A DNA stretch of 27,276 bases from Candidatus Diapherotrites archaeon CG08_land_8_20_14_0_20_30_16. Lineage in GTDB: Archaea; Iainarchaeota; Iainarchaeia; Iainarchaeales; 0-14-0-20-30-16. A program made the position numbers and the translations under genes. Below are positions 15,790 through 21,436 of the stretch, in pieces. The stretch spans positions 1 to 27,276 of the forward strand of contig PEXK01000029.1 in assembly GCA_002779075.1 (NCBI GenBank), in the 5' to 3' direction. Within the stretch, counting starts at the first letter, position 1. Every line of letters starts with the position of its first letter. The notes beneath the pieces are model-generated. The model saw only the letters and a list, made by a program, of their open reading frames with translations. It did not search any database and was not told the origin of the DNA.

Positions 15790-16239
15790 ATGATTGTCGT
15801 TATAGCTTCAGATATCACCTATAATTTAGAGCCATTTGCAAAAAAATTGGCAGTGAGTTTAGGTGCAGTGTATAGAGCTTTGAGCGATGATTTTTTATTG
15901 AAAAATACAGGATTCTTTGAAGAACAAAAACAAGGGAAAATTGTTTTGATAGGGCAGGCAATTGCATCTAAGCTTAAAGTACCTGCATTGAAAATATATC
16001 TTAAAGAATCTGAAGAAGCAATAATTGCAAGGTTATCTAAAGAAAAAAAACTTTCTTTGGAACAAGCCAAAACAAAGCATCAAGAATTATTGAAAATAGA
16101 GAAAGAAAAAATAAATAAATTGTATGGTATTGATTTGAACAATTTAGAAATCTATGATTTGATTATGAGAATTGATAATTTAGATCAAAAAGCAATAATA
16201 AGTATAATTGAAAAATTTATAGTAAAATCTACACATTAA
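15790..16239 (+). CDS. Cytidylate kinase (archaeal Cmk) homolog lacking the P-loop; probable pseudoenzyme or decaying gene
   Basis: The C-terminal half resembles archaeal Cmk (KLYGIDLNNLEIYDLIMRIDNL) and sits in the conserved rpl34e-cmk-rpl14e slot. The N-terminus reads MIVVIASDITYNLEPFAKKLA where GxxGxGK(T/S) is expected. ATG 15790 follows GTGATATTT. Confidence 0.65.
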   Translation: MIVVIASDITYNLEPFAKKLAVSLGAVYRALSDDFLLKNTGFFEEQKQGKIVLIGQAIASKLKVPALKIYLKESEEAIIARLSKEKKLSLEQAKTKHQELLKIEKEKINKLYGIDLNNLEIYDLIMRIDNLDQKAIISIIEKFIVKSTH

Positions 16240-16240
16240 T

Positions 16241-16334
16241 ACATTAAACATGTAAATTTTATGTACTGCTAGGTTGTAAATTTCAACACATAATCAATCT
16301 ATAAAATTGATGTATAAATGTACTGTTTAGTGGG
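16241..16334 (+). repeat. Family B repeat, copies c and c' arranged as one self-contained imperfect palindrome (no gene enclosed)
   Basis: CATTAAACA(16242-50) pairs with TGTTTAGTG(16324-32), 9 bp including one G-U. Pairing continues imperfectly inward (GTA/TAC, ATTT/AAAT, AT/AT). An apical mini-hairpin is GTTG-TAAATTT-CAAC (16273-87). Begins 2 nt after the cmk-like stop. Confidence 0.65.
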
Positions 16335-16351
16335 CTGAAAAAGGGGATAAT

Positions 16352-16564
16352 ATGATTTTGGAAAAAGGAAGAGTTTGTATTGTAAGAAGAGGAAGAGATT
16401 TTGGAAAAGTTTGTTTGATATTAGAGGCTCCAAAGCAAAAAGATTTTGAGATTTTTGTTGAAGGTCCAAAGTTGAAGAAATGCAAAAAAAATGTATCACA
16501 TCTTTGGCCCTTAGATTTAGTTGTAGGAAGTGTAAAAGATATTGATAAAAAGGTGAAAATATGA
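16352..16564 (+). CDS. rpl14e: 50S ribosomal protein eL14
   Basis: KOW-like GRVCIVRRGRDFGKVCLIL and KKCKKNVSHLWPL. Conserved position after cmk. Confidence 0.88.
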   Translation: MILEKGRVCIVRRGRDFGKVCLILEAPKQKDFEIFVEGPKLKKCKKNVSHLWPLDLVVGSVKDIDKKVKI

Positions 16565-17190
16565 GTGATCCTGAAAGAAAAAATGCAAATGTACCTAAGG
16601 ATTCTAAGGATGCAAAAGAGCAAAAAAAAGAAGTTCAAAAAGGAGACTTTGAAAGGAAAATGGATAGTGTAAAAAAAGCAAATGTTAGTAGGGAAATTGT
16701 TAGAATTTCGGGTGTGGATTTAAATGGAAATTTGAGAATTGATAGAGCATTGACAAATATTAAAGGGATAGGTATAAGATCTGCAAAAGTTTTGTCTTTT
16801 GATTTTTGTAAAAAAGTAAATCTCCCACAAAATACTTTGTTGGGAAATATTCCTGCAGAAAATGATGAGATTTTAAGTGATATTGTTTCCAAATGTGAAT
16901 TACCATTTTGGATGACTAATAGACAGAGAGATATATACTCTGGCGAGAGCAAACATTTGATAGGCTCTGATTTGTTGTTCAATGTTAGGGAAGATAAACA
17001 AAGGTTGAGCAGGATAAAGTCTAGACGCGGAATGCGTTTGCAAGCTGGTTTACCTGTAAGAGGCCAGAAAACAAGATCAAATTTTAGAAGAAGACAAGGT
17101 GCAGTGGGAGTTATAAAGAAAACACAAATGCCTGGAAAAGCAGCACCAAGAGCACAAGCAAAACCAGAAAAGAAGGATAATAAGAAATAA
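16561..17190 (+). CDS. rps13: 30S ribosomal protein uS13 with Lys/Glu-rich N- and C-terminal extensions
   Basis: VRISGVDLNGNLRIDRALTNIKGIGIRSAKVL is the S13 core. ATGA overlap with rpl14e. Confidence 0.93.
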   Translation: MSDPERKNANVPKDSKDAKEQKKEVQKGDFERKMDSVKKANVSREIVRISGVDLNGNLRIDRALTNIKGIGIRSAKVLSFDFCKKVNLPQNTLLGNIPAENDEILSDIVSKCELPFWMTNRQRDIYSGESKHLIGSDLLFNVREDKQRLSRIKSRRGMRLQAGLPVRGQKTRSNFRRRQGAVGVIKKTQMPGKAAPRAQAKPEKKDNKK

Positions 17191-17202
17191 AGGTGACTAT
17201 TT

Positions 17203-17865
17203 ATGGGTAATCCAAAGCGTATTAGAAAGAAATATAAAAGTCCAAAAAGGCCTTGGAACAGAGGACGAATATTGAGTGAAAGAGATTTGCTAGAGAAATA
17301 TGGGCTTACATCAAAAAAAGAATTAAGAGTAATGAATGCAATTATTGCAAAAAAGAGAGATGCAGTTAAACAATTACTTGCTGCTGAACAAGAAGTTGCT
17401 GAAAAAGGAAAAAAAGCAATTATTGATTCATTGAACAGAATTGGAATAGTATCACAGGATGCAAACATGTCTGATGTTTTGGGATTAAATGTAACTGATA
17501 TTTTAGAAAGACGATTACAAACACTTGTTTGCAGACAAGGATTAGCAAGAACTGCTAAACAGGCAAGACAATTTGTATTGCATGGTTTTATTTCGGTGAA
17601 TGCTAAAAGAGTTAATGTTCCTGGGTATATTATGAAAAAAGAAGAAGAAAATACAATAGATTACTATATGGGAATTAAGCCAAAGGTTATGGATGTTGAA
17701 ATGAAAAAACCAGATCTTCACCAGAAGAAAGAGGAAACTGAGAAAGAGGAAAAAATAGGTTCTACACAGAAAGAGCCAGAAACAAAAAAAGAAGAAGAAG
17801 TTATAGAAGATGTTGTAGAAACTGAAGAAAAAGAAGAGGATGAAGTTCCTAAAGAATTGAAATGA
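17203..17865 (+). CDS. rps4: 30S ribosomal protein uS4 with an acidic/Lys-rich C-terminal extension
   Basis: MGNPKRIRKKYKSPKRPWN N-terminus, S4 domain (ARQFVLHGFISVNAKRVNVPGY). About 50 aa E/K tail. Confidence 0.94.
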   Translation: MGNPKRIRKKYKSPKRPWNRGRILSERDLLEKYGLTSKKELRVMNAIIAKKRDAVKQLLAAEQEVAEKGKKAIIDSLNRIGIVSQDANMSDVLGLNVTDILERRLQTLVCRQGLARTAKQARQFVLHGFISVNAKRVNVPGYIMKKEEENTIDYYMGIKPKVMDVEMKKPDLHQKKEETEKEEKIGSTQKEPETKKEEEVIEDVVETEEKEEDEVPKELK

Positions 17866-17876
17866 GGTGTTTTTTT

Positions 17877-18260
17877 ATGAAAGTTGCAATAGTTCATATT
17901 TATTCTACATATAATAACACACAGATTTTGGCAACTGATATTACTGGTGCAGAAACTTTAGCAAAATCAAGTGGAGGTATGTTAACAAAGAGCCAACACA
18001 AAGAAGGATCGCCATATGTTGCAATGAAAATGGCTGAGCAAGTATCATCAACTCTAAAATCTAAAGGTTATGAAAGTATTATTGTAAAAGTAAGAGCTGC
18101 TGGCGGAATTAGATCAAAGAATCCTGGTCAAGGAGCAGATGCTGCAATTACTTCTTTAACAAGAAGTGGTATGAATATATTAGAAATAGAGAATGTGACT
18201 CCTTTGCCACATGATGGTTGTAGACCAAAAAAGAAATTCTTGTCTAAGAAAAAACAATGA
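17877..18260 (+). CDS. rps11: 30S ribosomal protein uS11
   Basis: AIVHIYSTYNNTQILATDITGAETLAKSSGGM is the S11 core. ATG 17877 is preferred; ATG 17862 overlaps the rps4 stop and remains an alternative. Confidence 0.92.
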   Translation: MKVAIVHIYSTYNNTQILATDITGAETLAKSSGGMLTKSQHKEGSPYVAMKMAEQVSSTLKSKGYESIIVKVRAAGGIRSKNPGQGADAAITSLTRSGMNILEIENVTPLPHDGCRPKKKFLSKKKQ

Positions 18261-18298
18261 ATGTAAACAAATTTGTGAAATGTATTTTGGGTGAAAGA

Positions 18299-19069
18299 AT
18301 GTTAGTGAAATTTTTGAATAAAGATAGTTTTGATTATAAATTTCTCTTGCAGAATACAAGGAATGATTTAGTTAATGCAATTAGAAGAACTATTTTATTG
18401 CATGTTCCTGTGTTTGCAGTCAAAGAAGTATCAGTGTATAAAAATGAAAGTGTTATGCCTGATGAACTGTTGAGTCATAGAATTGGTTTGGTGCCAATAT
18501 ATACTGATGATGTTGATAATAATGATCATCATTTATACTTAAAGAAAACTGGAAGCACAGTTTATTCTGGCGATATAACTGGGAATTTGGAGATTCCTTT
18601 GAAAAATATTCCTTTAGTAGTTTTAAATGATAATAAAACTATTGAATTAGAGTTTTTGGTAAACAAAGGTACAGGTATTGAACATGTAAAGTATAGTCCT
18701 GCAAATGTTTTTTTTAATAATTCTGTTAGCTTAAAACAAAATGCAAACATAGATGATATTTCAGATATTTGCCCTGGAAATTTTTTAGAAAAAAAAGCAA
18801 ATAAAATATTTTTAAAAGAACCATATAATTGTGATCTTTGTAGATATTGTGAAGCTAAAACAAATCATGGTTTAGAATTAGTGATGAATGATAATGAATT
18901 TGTTTTCACTATTGAACCATTTGGTAATTTGGATTTGAAAACAATAATAAATGAAGCATCAAAATATTTACTAGATGAATTGACGGAATTAAAACTATCC
19001 TTTTCTTTAGAAAAGAAGAAGCAAGAAACAAAAAAAGAGCCAAAGAAAAAAAGAGTAAAAGAAAAGTAA
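18299..19069 (+). CDS. rpoD: DNA-directed RNA polymerase subunit D (Rpo3)
   Basis: NDLVNAIRRTILLHVPVFAVKEVSVYKNESVMPDELLSHRIGLVPI is a RpoD/Rpb3 signature. ATG 18299 is 5 nt after GGTGA; ATG 18257 (ATGA coupling to rps11) is an alternative. Lys-rich C-terminal tail. Confidence 0.9.
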   Translation: MLVKFLNKDSFDYKFLLQNTRNDLVNAIRRTILLHVPVFAVKEVSVYKNESVMPDELLSHRIGLVPIYTDDVDNNDHHLYLKKTGSTVYSGDITGNLEIPLKNIPLVVLNDNKTIELEFLVNKGTGIEHVKYSPANVFFNNSVSLKQNANIDDISDICPGNFLEKKANKIFLKEPYNCDLCRYCEAKTNHGLELVMNDNEFVFTIEPFGNLDLKTIINEASKYLLDELTELKLSFSLEKKKQETKKEPKKKRVKEK

Positions 19070-19128
19070 ATGCTTTTGCATTTAATGTTTATTTTGGGAA
19101 AGCATTACAATTTGCGAGCTTTAAATAG

Positions 19129-19154
19129 GTATGTTTGAGTGAAACGAAACATAC
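19129..19154 (+). other. Hairpin in the rpoD-tRNA spacer
   Basis: GTATGTTT(19129-36)/AAACATAC(19147-54), 8 bp, loop GAGTGAAACG. Confidence 0.5.
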
Positions 19155-19302
19155 TGAGCATGAACCGAGTGTTGTAAAGGCTTTTGACTTGCAACAAAGT
19201 GTATAAGATTCTGTACGAAGCGTACTTAATCATCTACACATTTTGCGGTTGTGTTATCGAGAGTATTATTGAGCAACTTGTTGCGAAGATAGTAGAAAGC
19301 GT

Positions 19303-19320
19303 CAACCGATTTTTCGGTTG
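19303..19320 (+). other. Hairpin 2 nt upstream of the tRNA 5' end
   Basis: CAACCGA(19303-09)/TCGGTTG(19314-20), 7 bp, TTTT loop. Confidence 0.55.
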
Positions 19321-19322
19321 TT

Positions 19323-19457
19323 GCAGGGGTTCCGGAGTGGTCAAACGGGCAGGGCTTAAGACAACCCTTTTCCGCTCACGCGCAAAAGCGTTGATGGAAA
19401 AGAAGTAAGAAACCCTGTAGCTTAGTGCTTTCGAGAGTTCGAGTCTCTCCCCCTGCA
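19323..19457 (+). tRNA. tRNA-Leu (anticodon UAA) with a 51-nt canonical-position intron
   Basis: Acceptor GCAGGGG/CCCCTGC plus discriminator A. Anticodon stem CAGGG(19350-54)/CCCTG(19413-17). Loop CTTAAG|A with TAA at 19357-59. Long variable arm TAGCTTAGTGCTTTC (class II). T arm GAGAG-TTCGAGT-CTCTC. No encoded CCA. Confidence 0.9.
19361..19411 (+). other. tRNA intron (position 37/38) with a bulge-helix-bulge splice motif
   Basis: Central 4-bp helix CTTA(19355-58)/TAAG(19406-09) is flanked by 3-nt bulges AG|A (5' site) and AA|A (3' site). Inner intron helix is CTTTTCC/GGAAAAG. Confidence 0.8.
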
Positions 19458-19490
19458 TCAATATGGCTCACGAAGTGAGAGCTATTGATG
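19456..19490 (+). ncRNA. Twin hairpin H1 (overlaps the last 2 nt of the tRNA)
   Basis: CATCAATA-TGG-CTCAC-GAA-GTGAG-AGC-TATTGATG: 8-bp outer stem, 3x3 internal loop TGG/AGC, 5-bp inner stem, GAA loop. Confidence 0.55.
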
Positions 19491-19512
19491 TATTTGAACG
19501 AAAGTGAGAATG

Positions 19513-19547
19513 CATTCAAATGGCTTTCGAAGAAAGAGCTTTGAATG
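19513..19547 (+). ncRNA. Twin hairpin H2 (paralog of H1)
   Basis: CATTCAAA-TGG-CTTTC-GAA-GAAAG-AGC-TTTGAATG has the same architecture as H1. Both stems differ in sequence but remain complementary. Confidence 0.55.
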
Positions 19548-19554
19548 ACTTTGG

Positions 19555-19577
19555 ATTAAATCCCAGTAGGATTTAAT
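19555..19577 (+). other. Perfect 9-bp hairpin
   Basis: ATTAAATCC(19555-63)/GGATTTAAT(19569-77), loop CAGTA. Confidence 0.5.
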
Positions 19578-19587
19578 GAAATGGCAT

Positions 19588-19612
19588 CTGTTTTCTTTTT
19601 TAAAGAAAACAG
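19588..19612 (+). terminator. Perfect 11-bp hairpin with an internal T-run (possible terminator of the tRNA/ncRNA unit)
   Basis: CTGTTTTCTTT(19588-98)/AAAGAAAACAG(19602-12), TTT loop. The T6 run at 19596-19601 spans the end of the 5' arm and the loop. Confidence 0.4.
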
Positions 19613-19686
19613 GACCCCCACAGATAACACCAATGCTTGCGAGCAAAAGGGGTTTGAAACAAATATTATATTTATGAGGGATAGAA

Positions 19687-20052
19687 ATGAAACATAAATT
19701 GTTGGATAATGTAAAAAAAGAATTGATAATTGAACTTAGAAAAAAAGGAAAACTTGAGAAAAAAGATTTTTTATTAGCTTTATCTCGAGCTTTGGATGTA
19801 AGCTCAAGAAGACTTTCAAGTGTGAACGTTTACAAGTTGGACAAACTTGCAAAGAAAAACAAAGATAAAGTCTTTTTAGTTCCCGGAGTAATATTAGCAT
19901 ATGGTTATTTAACTAGTAAAATAAAAATTTATGCATATAGGTATTCTAAAAATGCTTTAGAAAAAATAAATGAAGTAAAAGGAGAAGCAAAAACATTAAA
20001 TGATTTACTAAAAGACAAAGTTGAAGCAAAGGATGTAATGATTATTAAATAG
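19687..20052 (+). CDS. rpl18e: 50S ribosomal protein eL18
   Basis: 121 aa; N-terminal ...KKELIIELRKKGK... and the position before rpl13 are typical of archaeal L18e. SD GAGGGAT is 4 nt upstream. Confidence 0.85.
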   Translation: MKHKLLDNVKKELIIELRKKGKLEKKDFLLALSRALDVSSRRLSSVNVYKLDKLAKKNKDKVFLVPGVILAYGYLTSKIKIYAYRYSKNALEKINEVKGEAKTLNDLLKDKVEAKDVMIIK

Positions 20053-20078
20053 ATTAAATATGCAAATAGGTGATATTT

Positions 20079-20546
20079 ATGGTTGTTAAAACAAAGATGC
20101 AAAAAAAGACAAAGAAATTAAAAGAAAATGAAAAAATAGAGAATTATGATGCTAGTGGGTTGGTTTACGGAAGACTTGCCAGCATGTTGGCACAAAAATT
20201 GCTTGCAGGTTATAAAATAAATGTTTACAATGCAGAAAAGGTAGTAATAACAGGAAATCCAAAATGTGTTGTAACTGAATATTCAAAAAGATATGATTAT
20301 AGAGCAAAGGGAAATCCTGAGAAAGGACCCAAATATCCTAAGGTGCCACATTTGATGCTTAAATTAGCAGTAATTAAAATGTTGCCGAAAGGTGCAAGAG
20401 GAAAAGCACTTGCAAAAAATATTAAAGTGTATATTGGAAATGAAAATAAAGTGGATATTAAAAGTATAAGTTTAGCAAAGATGATGCAAGGTTTGAAATT
20501 TATAGAGTTAGGAGAATTGTGTAATAGATTGGGTGCTAAATGGTGA
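20079..20546 (+). CDS. rpl13: 50S ribosomal protein uL13
   Basis: YDASGLVYGRLASMLAQKLLAGYKINVYNAEKVVITGN is an L13 signature. ATG 20079 follows GGTGATATTT. Confidence 0.94.
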   Translation: MVVKTKMQKKTKKLKENEKIENYDASGLVYGRLASMLAQKLLAGYKINVYNAEKVVITGNPKCVVTEYSKRYDYRAKGNPEKGPKYPKVPHLMLKLAVIKMLPKGARGKALAKNIKVYIGNENKVDIKSISLAKMMQGLKFIELGELCNRLGAKW

Positions 20547-20550
20547 TTAT

Positions 20551-20603
20551 TATGGCCCAGTTATTATTTTTTCCTCAAAAAGAAAAATAATAACAGGTTC
20601 ATA
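20551..20603 (+). repeat. Family A hairpin, copy 4 (upstream of rps9)
   Basis: TATGG(20551-55)/TCATA(20599-603) foot, A59/A95 mismatch, 12-bp helix GTTATTATTTTT(20560-71)/AAAAATAATAAC(20583-94). Flanked by a perfect 14-nt direct repeat GTGATTATTATGGC at 20543-56 and 20613-26. Confidence 0.8.
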
Positions 20604-20621
20604 AAAAAGGAAGTGATTATT

Positions 20622-21206
20622 ATGGCTTTTGATAGAGAAAAAAGGTTTGAAAGATTTGGAAGAAGACCAGAAAAAGATTTTGAGCATAAAAGTTTCAATA
20701 AGTCTGAGGAGCAGACAATAGTGCCAAAAGAAAAACCAAAATTAGTAAAAATGCCAAAATCTTTGACTAGACCAGTAACTAGTAAAACAAAAAAGGGGAA
20801 AGTATTACAGGTAACAAGTAAAAGAAAAAGTGCAGTAGCAAGAGCAACTGTCAGATCAGGAAAAGGACGTATCATAATAAATAAAAAGCCGTATACCGCT
20901 ATTTCAAATAGATTTATTCTAGATCTTGTTAGAGAGCCACTTGTGATTGTTGAAAAACACAATAAAGATTTATTGGGTAAAGTGGATATTAATATTTTAG
21001 TAAATGGCGGTGGGGTTATGGGACAAATGCAAGCAGTAAGAAACTGCATTGCAAAAGCATTTGTTCAGTATTTTGATGATTTAGAGTTGACAAGAGAGTT
21101 TTTGGAATACGATAGATCATTTTTGGTTGATGATGTTAGACGTGTTGAATCCAAAAAACCTTTGGGACCAAAAGCAAGAGCTAAGAAACAACACAGTAAG
21201 AGATAA
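20622..21206 (+). CDS. rps9: 30S ribosomal protein uS9 with a roughly 60-aa basic N-terminal extension
   Basis: S9 core (VLQVTSKRKSAVARATVRSGKGRIIINKKP ... KKPLGPKARAKKQHSKR). ATG 20622 follows GTGATTATT. Confidence 0.93.
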   Translation: MAFDREKRFERFGRRPEKDFEHKSFNKSEEQTIVPKEKPKLVKMPKSLTRPVTSKTKKGKVLQVTSKRKSAVARATVRSGKGRIIINKKPYTAISNRFILDLVREPLVIVEKHNKDLLGKVDINILVNGGGVMGQMQAVRNCIAKAFVQYFDDLELTREFLEYDRSFLVDDVRRVESKKPLGPKARAKKQHSKR

Positions 21207-21218
21207 TGGGGTGGTTTT

Positions 21219-21413
21219 TTGTTAATACCTGTTAGATGTTTTAGTTGTGGTTTTCCTGTAGCAGAATATTATGAAACATACAAAGATTTGCTGTCTAAAG
21301 GGAAAAGTCAGAAAGATTCTTTGGACGGTTTGAACATAAAAAGATACTGTTGCAGGAGAATGATGATTTCAAACTATGATTACGTTTATGACAATTTGAA
21401 ATATCAGAAGTGA
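21219..21413 (+). CDS. rpoN: DNA-directed RNA polymerase subunit N (Rpo10)
   Basis: (M)LIPVRCFSCGFPVAEYYETY...KRYCCRRMMISN is an RpoN/Rpb10 signature. TTG start after GGGGTGG. Confidence 0.92.
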   Translation: MLIPVRCFSCGFPVAEYYETYKDLLSKGKSQKDSLDGLNIKRYCCRRMMISNYDYVYDNLKYQK

Positions 21414-21436
21414 GGATCTCATAAAAAGTGATATTT

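Noticed and set aside
16635-17468. A 277-aa minus-strand ORF. Similar antisense ORFs occur at 7749-8429, 8375-8833, 20564-21049, 1969-2334, 25838-26233 and elsewhere.
   Set aside because: All lie antisense to strongly recognisable r-protein, ileS or RNA polymerase genes. They are stop-poor shadows of AAR/GAR-rich sense codons in an AT-rich genome. None has an SD context and their composition is low complexity.
19120-19200. A possible box C/D sRNA, suggested by TGAGTGA at 19136-42 and CTGA at 19154-57.
   Set aside because: TGAGTGA does not fit RUGAUGA. No matching C'/D pair occurs at the expected 12-nt guide spacing, and the terminal stem is missing.
19184-19461. ORFs 19184-19408 (+) and 19234-19461 (-) in the rpoD-rpl18e spacer.
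   Set aside because: Both overlap the tRNA-Leu gene and its intron, have no RBS, and show no protein-like features.
19456-19547. A K-turn (L7Ae-binding) interpretation of the TGG/AGC internal loops in H1 and H2.
   Set aside because: There are no tandem sheared G-A/A-G pairs and no 3-nt bulge geometry. The loop is symmetric 3x3, so a K-turn cannot be supported from sequence.
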